Source: Phoronis australis (taxonomy: Eukaryota > Animalia > Phoronida). Taken from it: DNA of 64,000 nt. Below are positions 36,101 to 47,400 of this stretch, in pieces. A model generated the notes under the pieces. It saw only the letters and a program-made list of their open reading frames with translations. It had not been told where the DNA came from and made no database searches. The first letter of the stretch is position 1, and each line of letters begins with the position of its first letter. Location of the stretch: assembly GCA_002633005.1 (NCBI GenBank), contig NMRA01000770.1, positions 1 to 64,000 on the forward strand. Direction: 5' to 3'. The translations under genes were made by a program, and so were the position numbers.

Positions 36101-39100
36101 ATATCAATAAATCTATGCCACTTCTAGTTCTCTGTTTGCTTTGTCAAACAATCTGTCATTATCTTATAGAGAATCATAACCACTAGTAAGAGTGGACATT
36201 CAAATATTCTTTCTAAAGATTTTATTTTTTCTTTCTGAATTCTTTCTCTTACAAAAATGCATCATTTTTGATCTGATATTCATTAGTGGACACTTGAAAA
36301 CAGGAGTTGTTGCCCAATCTACATCTTGGTACAAAATAAGAACAAAATTCTAAAGCGTACTTCTTGACATATCACGTCAACAACATATTACAGACAGAAA
36401 GACAACTGTAACTCAGCACCCCGCTTAGTGCCAATGCCTGACAGGAAACAAAGGACTACCCTGTAACTCACCATAATTGTGTTAGCAAGATGTGCACCAA
36501 TGAGAGCGTAGACGCCACCACTGGCGCCACCCAATGTTGTCCAAGGGTCAACGACTGAGCTAGCCAGTGAGCCTATAATACAAAAATAACATAGACGGCA
36601 AGAAGTCTCAAAACAATCTTATTCACAGTCTGAAACAATGAAATTGACAGAACACTGGAACCCACAATAACGCCATATCAGATAACTAATACAACATCCA
36701 AATTATTACCATGAAATGTCAAAAATGAACCATTTAAGTATTAAAAGCATGTAAAATAACCCTCATACAGCCATCAACTATTGTCACGTTCCCGGATACC
36801 GTCATCAAAAAACTCTCGTTTGAAAATTTATTTTTTTCTATACCTAATTCAACTTCAATTCACTTATTAATTTGAACTTTCATGTTTGTCTGTACTCTGA
36901 TCCACCATACTAAGCATGAGCTATGAGAGTTGTTGATATGTTTCTATGGTATTCTTCGTTAGATCACGTGATACACCGCTTCTGGATCTTGACACGATAG
37001 TCGTCAGTCTCATTCGCATTTAGTAGCTTAAATTGTCTGACAATAACGTCACGATTACATCACAGACACTCATCACATTTACAACAGTGGTTACAAAATC
37101 TCTGCCAAATCAGAGCACGCTGGGAGGTGCCGATGTTATCCTAAGACAAGCTACACGCTGTACCTTCTGAAGAAACTTCTTACGGTACAGTTTGTTAATT
37201 CCACTAACCCTGGAAACGCATACGTAAGATCGGTCTTATCAATAAAGCAATGGATATCCAATTCCTGGTGTTAGGTTTTAAACCTCATGTTTTGCCCATA
37301 AGTTGCTTCAGTCCATATAAGTTACGGTGGACAAAGTGTCGCTGTCTCTACTTAACAGCAGAGACCTGGATGCTCCCATAGAGCCTTTCATATGCTGGAA
37401 GCTTTTCGGCGGATTAGGCTTCACACTGATTAAACCACGCCACGTTGCTACAAGCCCAAGTACTTTTGCGCATAGAGGGACACCTTAGGAAGTTGTTGAT
37501 GTCTAATTCCTTTCAACTCGAACAAACACTCCCGTAATCAAACTTTTTTTGGGCAGTCCTTGCTCAGTTGCCAATTTGGGCAACTGAACAAGGGACTACT
37601 TGAATAAAAAGCCATTGTGACACTGCCCGCACCAGGGGATATGACGTCATATCTCCTGGCGTGAGCAGAGTAAAAATGGCCACTGGTCAATTTGGGCAAC
37701 TGACTGAAGGACTGTTCGAAAAAAGTTTGCTTAGGGGAGAATTTGTTTGAGTTGGAAAGAATTAAAAACATCGAGGGCCTCCAAATTAAAATGACTCTAT
37801 ATGCGCAAAAAGTACTCATAGCAACTTGGACGGTTTAATTAGTGTGAGGCATATGAAGGCCCATGAAAACATCACCACCTCTATGGCTAAGTAGAAACAG
37901 TAGTACTGTCTAAAGTTATGGATGAGATAGCTTACCTCCCAAAACCCCTAGGATGTAGACCAAGGGGACTCGCCACCAATGGTGCACCATTTCCAGGGGT
38001 ATGCTCAGCATCAACTGTACCACTATGTTGAGGATGAGGTGGACATATCTAAAAGGGGACGAATAACTTATATATACTGTTCATAAGCAAATTGTAATTT
38101 TGACCTGTTGCCAACAATTAAAACTAACAATTTTGTGATTTTTATTTGTCACAACTGAATATCAAAGCGTCCATGAACCATATGATTGTTCCTAACTTAA
38201 GACGTAGACTACTTTAATTACCACTATAAAATTGGGTTCACTTGTTCTTTAATTAAAAAAGAAGTAGTTTTGGGTCTTGCAACTGATAGTTGCTAAAATT
38301 AGACCATTTCAATACCTAAAAGTCTAAAACTTTAACTCAGGTAAATCTCAAAAAGATAGTAAAACCCTGTCTTCATGGTTTCAATCAAACATCTCCTAAT
38401 GCATCGTTGGCTTCAATCTAAGAATTACTCATCCTCCATAAGTCACAGATTGGACATTCATGGTCCATGGTGGGTGGCATATTCCCACAGTTGCAGTGTA
38501 GTTTGCTAAAAGCAGATAGTTCACGCCTGCCCATTTAGAAGACTTTGAAAGGATTTTTCAAATTTTCCTACAAACGTATGAGGGTTTTCAAGGGTTATGG
38601 AGGATTGGAGGGTAAAGTGATTTTAGTATCTGATAAAAGGCCAAAACATTTACATGCGTAAGAGTGATCTAAACAACATACACGACTGCATGATAGTTCC
38701 CAAAATCGTAGAAACGGGGCATTTCGTTCAGATAGGGACATGCTCCTTGAAAACGCACAAAATATCATTTACAGAAAAATTCTCCAATTTTGAAAAGTCT
38801 CTAATATTTGTGACATAGAAACTCAAGCAAAAACAAATATTGATTCTGCAGTGCTCGACACTTGACGCACAGTCACATTTGGCAACTCGTCAAAAATTCC
38901 AGGTTGCCAAACAAAATCTGAGGTTGCCAAAACTGATATCGAATTGGTAGACAAAAAAAAATCACTAATAACAAAAAATGTCTGAGAAACTTACGCATAC
39001 ATCATTAAAAAGGTTACCATTCAATCTCTAACTTGACTGCCAACAAAGCTATAACGCAATGCAAACTTTGAAGTGAATTTCGGGGGAATTATTGTCTGAC

Positions 39101-40703
39101 TTTGATACTCCCAGTGCGACTTGGTGGTGACTTGGGATTTTTTCCAGATCACCAATGAAATATGAGGTCACATTGGCGAGCTGCGGGTAGCCAAATCACA
39201 GAAATATTCCGAAACCTTCAACGATTCTGATGAAATTTTACAGCAGATTACGGTTCCCGGACAGAACAAATGGACCTCTGTTCATCACTCACCCTATATG
39301 AATGAACATGTAACTGATGAATCGCCATGCCTCCCACCTTCTCCTGGGGTTGTAGATAAGAGGGCTGTCCCGAGGATATCCATTATCTGCTGTCACAGCA
39401 TAAGGTGTGTTCTGTAGCTCTACTGCATAAACGATGAACACAATGAGCTGCAAAGGACAAAAATTGATAATGAAGCCCAAAAATGGGCGAGAGGAATGCA
39501 GGTAAGCAATGGTTAAATTCAGTCTAAGAAAAAACCCTTCACTTGAAAACTGACCAAATCCACTTCATGGAATTTCACAGCGACTTCGGAGATTCTGAAT
39601 TTACCCATAGGGTACTTTATGGGCCCCAGTTGTAAACTACCAATCATAGGCGTGTGTTTGCCACACGTTTGTATCAAACATAATTCACAAGGTAAAAGTT
39701 TGCTGTGTGCTTACAGCGACATCTGCAGTTGGGTTGAGGAAAAGTTATAACCACTCTTTAGCCAGATTTCCAAGTGTTTGCAACTGGTTTGCAGAAATGT
39801 TTGTTGCGTTTCTAAGAATGGGTCTTTTTCTTAGTAGCTTCAAACACAACTTACTTGATTACTTTATAACCAATGAAATAAGCCAGTCCTAACAAACCTG
39901 AGCAAGACTAATGAATATGATAAATAGAGGCGGCGGCATGCAGGTGTACTGCTCTAGGTAAGCAACGTCATCCCCTTTCTTAGCGACAGTCTGTATGGCG
40001 GCCAACTTAACCTTTTCGTAGCGGGAGAGGTTTCTCAAATCCATTCGGTCTTTATCCTTCGTCATCTAGCAAGAAACAGAAAAAAGTTATACTTATAGCC
40101 AGCATGGCACTGTTATCCTACGTGAGTGAGGCAAGCCACATGCAAGCTGCACCGTCTCCTACAGCGTTGACAAGAATGGCAAGCCACATGCAGGTTCACT
40201 GTATCCTACAAGTACAGCGTTCACATGAATAGCATGTCTGTATACAGTGTTCACATGAGTTGGTTTTTAAAGAGAGAAGCAGATAGCCCTAACTGTATTG
40301 TACAGCATATTTAGCAAGGTCCACTGTTTGCCCACTATGTGAGTAATATGAGAAATTATATCACCATGCATATGTATAGTCAACAAAATCATCCGTGCCA
40401 ATAAAATGCTAACACATGTGAATCACTGAAAAAATTGCCAAAGATAAGCATCAAGTGGGATATTCTGACCATTGCTGCTTTGGGTCACCCAAGAAACCTC
40501 AAAATGGAAATCATTATCACTTCACCACAAGTTCTTAAACCAATCACGAGCAAGGTTCACTAGCTTCCACTGGGCATTACAAATGGATTACATGTCAAGT
40601 GAGCGTTATTTACCTGTGGTGGTTGCGCGAGAACAGGCAAATTTTCCGTTGGCTCTGAACCCTCAGATGGGAACTCTATGTGCAGACGAGTATGTTCTTC
40701 CAT
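33023..40703 (-). CDS. Rhomboid protease paralogue B (7TM, no EF-hand), ~328 aa; complement(join(33023..33198,33682..33774,34260..34350,36472..36572,37936..38048,39293..39447,39898..40065,40614..40703))
   Basis: Exon sizes 168/155/113/101/91/93/176 are identical to paralogue A; GASGG and AHFGG intact. Confidence 0.9.
33682..33774 (-). CDS. Rhomboid B exon 7, catalytic His (SYAAHFGGALSG)
   Basis: 93 nt, AG/GTCAGT. Confidence 0.9.
34260..34350 (-). CDS. Rhomboid B exon 6 (NWQEMNHEW...)
   Basis: 91 nt, AG/GTGAGT. Confidence 0.88.
36472..36572 (-). CDS. Rhomboid B exon 5, catalytic Ser (LGGASGGVY)
   Basis: 101 nt, AG/GTGAGT. Confidence 0.92.
37370..37820. mobile_element. Degenerate copy of the foldback MITE at 41586-42132
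   Basis: Shares catagagggacacctt, ttcatatgctggaagcttttcggcg and tttgtttgagttggaa segments. Confidence 0.65.
37936..38048 (-). CDS. Rhomboid B exon 4 (YVHLILNIVVQLMLSIPLEMVHHWWRV...)
   Basis: 113 nt, AG/GTAAGC. Confidence 0.9.
39293..39447 (-). CDS. Rhomboid B exon 3 (EAWRFISYMFIHIG)
   Basis: 155 nt, AG/GTGAGT. Confidence 0.9.
39898..40065 (-). CDS. Rhomboid B exon 2 (MTKDKDR...YTCMPPPLFIIFISLAQ)
   Basis: 168 nt, homologous to 14551-14718. Confidence 0.9.
40614..40703 (-). CDS. Rhomboid B first coding exon (MEEHTRLHIEFPSEGSEPTENLPVLAQPPQ)
   Basis: Strong Kozak gccATGG, 90 nt, phase-0 donor CAG|GTAAAT. Confidence 0.65.
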
Positions 40704-41315
40704 GGCCACGAAGTCAATTGAAACTTGTTTACTTTTACTTGCTTATATAGCCCCAGCACTGGGTTTTTTTTCTTGAAGGCTGAATCAGTGAGTGAATCAG
40801 TGAATGACTCATCCCGCGATAAATATAGCACTAATATAGCACGGGCATTTTTCCACTATCGGACACGTGTCTACATTCTGTTTTTCCGTGACGCTGAAAA
40901 AAAATCACATCACGGCTGTAAGCGTTAGACAGTAATTACCAGGTATCCGCTTCCATACTTATTTACAGGAGGGTATCGTTAGGTAAAGACTGAATACTAA
41001 GTAAAGTCTTTACTACAGAAAGTGTTCACGTCCTGAATTGAAATAGCCGGGCGCTAACCTGAAAACCTTGTTTGGCCGAGAGACCGTAGCATCTACCACC
41101 TAGCGGGCAAGCAGGGAACCTGCGAGAATGTTTTCCTAGAAATTAATTTGTAATGTTTAAGAAAAATTAATATTTTCAATAACTATGTAGCTAGAAATTA
41201 GCTCGTCGTAATTTAATATTTTCCGAGGTTTTTAACATGAAAAGAAAAATCCCTCTGCTCTTCGGGAACCTCACCGGAAGTCCTTGAAACCCCTGTCAAC
41301 TCCGCAAGCTTGAAA

Positions 41316-41457
41316 ATGTCCGACGGGTTTGAGTTGCTGTGCTCTGTGAAGGCAAACGATCTGATACCCGTGGAGAAATACCGTTCCAAATCCACTGGTT
41401 TCACTGTCATTATAGCCCAGGTTGAAGGACCGTTAGTAAACGGCTATTTTTGTCTGG
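41316..41457 (+). CDS. M16 exon 1 (MSDGFELLCSVKAN...GPLVNGYFCL)
   Basis: aaaATG start, 142 nt, phase-1 donor. Confidence 0.85.
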
Positions 41458-44400
41458 GTGTGTTCACTATTTTCTAAATTCTACCTTTGGCTTTTGCAGT
41501 TTTGGCTAAACAACGTCAACGACAACGACTGGTTTAGAAATTATACAATGACCTTCATCTCTACTGGCTGTGCGAACAGAAACGATGGAGCTCCTATAGG
41601 AGCTTCATTCACCAGAAGCTTTTTAGCTAATTATGCCTTGCACTGACTAAAACATCAAAGTCACGTTGTTATAAATGCTTTTGGGCATAGAGGGACACCT
41701 TGGCCCAAGCCGGGGCTTGGCTTAGGTCAGGAGCTCGTCGATGGCGATGTATTTAATTGCTTCCAACTCAAACAAGTACTCCAGTTATCAAACTTTTTCT
41801 TCAAGCAGTCCCTCATTCAATTCCCAAATTGGGTAACTCGCCATTTTTTAACCCTGTGCTGGCAGTTAATGGGCATGACGTATGTATCCCCTAGTGTGCT
41901 CAGTGTAAAAATGGTGAATAACCGATTTTGGGAACTGAACGAGGGACTGCTCGAAGAAAAAGTTTGAGAACAGGAGTATTTGTTTGAGTTGGAATAAATT
42001 AAGTACATCGATGACCTCCTAAGGTGTCCTATGTGCAAAAAGTATAAAACAACATGTCTTTGATGTTTTAGTCAGTGCAAGGCATTATTCGCCGAAAAGC
42101 TTCCAGCATATGAAGCTCCTATAGGAGCTCCACAGATTGCAGAGGCGATGGTCTCTGTCTACATCTTGTTATAAATATACGATTAGGAAAAGATGCTCAA
42201 TTTTGGCCAACTTCAGAACATCATATCTCTGAAGTAGCAGAACGAATTCAAAGAAACAGATATTATGCGTTATGTATTGTTCTCGAATACTAGTAGGAAT
42301 TGTTTTTAAGGTGTTCCACTTTTACACGAGGGGCTGTCAAAAGTAGAACCTATGACTTTTGAAAAACCTTTAAAAATTGCATTAAACGAAAACGAAATAA
42401 TAATTTGGACAACTGTTGCGGCGTTTTTGATTTTTTTTCTTGAACATTTCATATGCACTTTGATCATGAAATTGATCCTGTTGTTTTGCCTCAAATGTAT
42501 CTTTACTAAAAAGCATGGTCACGTGACCTTACGTACGGCATAGTGGTATAGATTAAACAATCAAACTCAACGGAATTTCTGTTTCCAGGAAATATTTACT
42601 TTTGCTGAGTTTGTAGATATTAGGCTGAATGTACTGTATTGTATTTTGTCATACATTATCATAAATTATCATACATTATACATTCCAATGTTCATTTACA
42701 GCCACTGAAGCTCACGATGATGATGGCCTGCCGCATACATTGGAGCACCTCGTATTCATGGGAAGTGAAAAGTATCCTTTCAAGGTATGCAGCCGTTCAG
42801 CTCATAAAAGCCTAGTAACGTGCAGTTATTATTAGTTAATCGATGTTGCTGTAAAATTCAGTTGGTATTAACAATACAGTCATTTCTGTAATAGTTCGTA
42901 CATCACCCTTGAAACCGTATTTCTCTCCAATAGTATGTACAGTAGAGGTCTAAGGGAAAAGTAGTTTTACACGTATCTGCATTCATGGCAAAAATAATTT
43001 GTACACGAAGTGCAACTTTAAGGATAATCGGCATCCATGCTTTGGTGTTTGAATAAACTAATAATGAGCTGTTGCAGTGCATCCTTTATTGAGTATGCGA
43101 AATCCTTGTTGTCGTTTATCGGGCGCTTGACATAATGAGCTGCAGGTCGCATTTGCGTTGCGGAGAAATTCTCAAGCCCTTCTCTCTGGGGCTGAGGACT
43201 TGACGAGTCATCTGTCACTCACATATTGTGGCAATGTAACGTATGCCCCAGCTACTCAAGTGGGGAAACTTGCCACCACTCCAAAGTCACACATCAAAAG
43301 AGAGCCACTATTGTCCCTAAGTTAAAGAGTGTACTGGCTTTGCTCTGTATGTTAAACGTCCTGGTGTTTGACAATGAATTTGGACCCCCGGCTGTTGTAA
43401 ATTACCCAATGCTTTACGATATTCCTCAGGCCCAGTGTTCCCGAAAACCGAAATTCTCCTATTCCGATGTTTCCCGCGCTCCGAATCTTCCCTATGCCCG
43501 TTGTTCAATGAACTTAGCCATCTATTGCAACTAAACGGGCACGAAATTTTGGTTAGCAAACTTTATGCTTCTCCTTGTACACTACCCCCACGCCAATTTT
43601 CTCTGCCAGGCTCGTCAGTGGACTACGTCGTGGATTTTTCAGACACGATTGGAAGGAATATTGCTCCGGCTGAAGTGGGCCACTGTTAGAAGCAAAATTA
43701 TTTCGGATGGCCAAAAATGGTAGATGATAATGATATACACACAGTGACGCCATCTGGTGTAGTTTGCTGCACAACATCGTAGTATAATAACATTTCTTAC
43801 TGTATTGCAGTCTTTCAATTTCTTATACCACAAACATTCGCGTTAACGACTACGTTCACGTATTCTTTTTGTGAATAAGTCCCCACTACTGTACTAGGCA
43901 CCCCCTTAACTTTGAGGATTTCCAATTAAACATCAGGCTCATAACGTTCTTTCTCAGTTAGTTCTGATCGACCCTGAGTAAACTGATGCTTGTGTGTACA
44001 GTTGTCAAAATTTCTGAAGACACCAGCGACGTTGGTGCAGGCTAATCTAATGTCAGACTGAGATGCAATAAGTGAAAAACAATCCTTGGCTTCCATTTTT
44101 TATCTGTTCAAGATGATTCGCAAATATTCACTTACGTTGTGCCAACCTTTGAGTTTCGAAATGGAGAGGCTGCAGAAACATAGTGCAGCACACTGTCTTC
44201 TTAGTTACCACACACCTGGTCATTACACTTTTAGAAAACTGGGAGAACTAGTTCAAAGTCGGGGGAATTCCATCAAAATAGGGAGAATTTGATGCTTGTC
44301 TGAGAGTGGGAATTCTTCAAAATCAGAGAGCTTCTCACCTAAGTCAAATTGGTAGGGTTGGCAAACCCATTGTCACAGGGTCTGGCCTGATTTTTCGAAT

Positions 44401-47400
44401 ACATGTTTTATGTAGTGCACTGCAGTTGGAAACTCAGTGGGGGCAGACATCGTCGTTGGCAGTAGAAGTGTTGAAGGTGGCTTTGTTTTTGAAGTTCGCG
44501 AACATAAGAAGGGAATGAAGTGGCAAAGCATTCAAGTTCAAGTATTGTATTTTAAAGTAACGCCATCGTTTGGGACTTACAATGATTTGTTACTCACACT
44601 GCTAAACTACCATCTCCGAGGCCGTCAATGCCGTCAGCAATTCATTGTTATTGTCAGTGTTTTACCTCTATTAAATCAAACACTTGAGTTTCGTCTCTGA
44701 TAGTATGCCCAATTTTGTCAATTGGAACATGAAGCTGTCAAGGGAAAGGTAGTTCGTACAACTGTAAGAGAAATCACTGTAACTCATTACTGGTAATGGT
44801 ATAAAGTTGTCAAAAATTCACAAAATATTTTGTAGTTCTTCAAATCAGAGAAACTGAGAACAAAAGTTTAAAGCTAATGTTTGAATATGTTAAGAGTATT
44901 CTTTGTGGCCTTTGCCCTTCAGTTTGTTTGGCTTAAGAATTTATGTGTAATTTTTAACAAACTCTGCACTATTCTACAAATTTTGGCATAGCCATGATTC
45001 TGAAAAGATATCACAAGCTGAGACAAGTAAAGTTTTATCAACCATAGCTTCTGCAGTTGTCTTGTTTATGTCACCAGGGGGTGTTGGACCTGCTGGCTAA
45101 TCGGTGTCTGGCTTCTGGCACAAACGCGTGGACGGACACTGACCACACCTGCTACACGATGACCACTGCAGGCAGTGAAGGGTTCTTGACACTCATGCCT
45201 ATATATCTTGACCACATTCTCTACCCTACGCTTACTGTAAGTTATTGGCATGAACAAGTATGTATCCACATGGATAACAGCCACATGCAGGGATCATGCA
45301 TTTTGAGAACCAGTATTCTCCACTGAGCGACTGGCACCAAACTGGTTCTCTTAATGCGGGATCCCTGTTAGTGGCTATTGTCTTGGTATCCTTAGCCTTA
45401 TACGAAGCAAACACAGTATTCGGGATACGGGGTACTTTACACGAAATGCGCTTTATAAATGTTTCAAATAAACACAGAAAATTAGGAACCCCAACTTGGA
45501 ATCGAACCACAGGTCTCTAGATTGCAGGTCTAGTGCTCTCACCACTGAGCTACTGAGGACCTATATATGTGCAATTACAGTCAATGGTTACGTCATAAAT
45601 CCCATGAGTGGCATTTCGCCTTATTCACATGAGTTTTAGACATTAGACCGTCAATCTAGAGACGTGAGGTTCGATTCCCAGTTGAGGTTCCTGATTTTCT
45701 GTGTTTTTTTGATATATTTCTCTGCTGGCCAACCTGAGCATCTATGTATTTACTATATCTAATTATTAAGGTTCTTGTTGGTAACAGTGCAGTTCTACCC
45801 ACAATCAAATCCGGTTGTATGTAGAACGTTTCTGTGTAACAGACTCGGCCCAAATAACAAGTCAGATTTTGTCTTACCCCAGTGCCAGTTTTACAATACT
45901 TTAAAGTGTGTACACTTTCTGAGTTGACAAGATCTCCAACTTCAGACTATGATAACAGCAGGCTGGTGGAGCACACTGATGCGTTCTACACTCAGTGCAG
46001 TCGTGGTTAATCCTTGGAAAGTCTTATTTCAGATCTTTTTCATGACTTGACTTTAATAATATATGTAAAGAGGTACGTGTAAATGAATGTGTGATGATTC
46101 ACATGCACATGCGCTCATACACACACGTAGACACTCACCAACCAATGCTCAGTCTGACAGTGAATTTGAAGCGGGCTATCATTCAGAGAAACTAAAGACC
46201 CTAAGGATTAAAGAAATTTGGGTTGACGAGAGATGATAAATAAGTAAATTTTGCATTTTTGGAAAATAACCATCGACTTTTAGCCGACCTTTATTTCAAC
46301 ACTTTAGGTATTTTTTGTAATGAATGCAGAATTAAAACAACTTGGAGTCCTGTGTGCATGTGGCAACATAATGGTCAAATTAGCTGTGACTCACTGAGGT
46401 GCGCACATCATCTTGCTTTGAAATTTCTTTATACTCTAACTGCAATGCCCCCTGTAGGACTCTGCATTCATTACGGAGGTTCACCATGTGAATGGAGAGG
46501 GCGAGGACGCCGGTGTAGTCTACTGTGAGATGCAAGGCTGTGAGAACACGGGCGAGAACCGCACTCACCTTACCATGTTGCGGGAGATTTACCCAGGCAA
46601 GTGCGGTTACAAATCCGAGACGGGAGGAAGGATGGAGAACTTGAGGAAGAGTACAACCAATGAAAAGGTTAGTATGGGGTGTTATGGTGAGTGAGGTCTA
46701 TGTCAGTATGAGGGAGGTCTATGTGAGTATGAGGTGGCATGGTGAGGGAGGTCTGTGTGAGTATGGGGTGTCATGGTGAGGGAGGTCTAAGTGAGTATGG
46801 GGGGTCATGGTGAGGGAGGTCTATGTGAGTATGGGGGTCATGGTGAGGGAGGTCTATGTGAGTATGGGATGTCATGGTGAGGGAGGTCTACGTGGTGTAC
46901 TTAGATGCTGTATGTGAGATCGAGTCGACAAAACAAATTTGTAAAGTGGTTGAGGGGGCACCTTGCTAGATCGTTGAGTCTTCTTTTTTACCATCTGCTT
47001 CTGTATTCACTAACCCCTCTGAGGATTGTTATGGAAAGTGAAGGATATGTTCCTATAGACATGAGCACCACTGGTGGGGATTTTCAGGTGAGTCCAACTA
47101 CTGTGGTACCCCTGATGACGTCATTTAATTTGCATCTGTGGTCCTATCTACTAAACCCCTTGCAAGATCACAATTTGTTGAGTCTAGTCCTATTCCTATT
47201 CCTATCAACCTGATAGCAGATGGAGGGATTGGAATACTGCTGTGCCCTCTGGTGGCAATTTGTTTTTTACATCTGCCTCTGTATCTTTAGAGTCCTTTGA
47301 TTGGTGTATTTTCATGAAAGTTGACAAATATTTCTGTAATAGAGAGGCGATGAAGCTTTCTCAATTGTGGTCGGGTTTTTATGTATTCTGCGCCATCTGA

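Noticed and set aside
45485-45560. Functional tRNA gene
   Set aside because: Acceptor stem is largely G-U, the anticodon loop is atypical, and the 3' flank is shared with a sister copy; better read as a SINE head.
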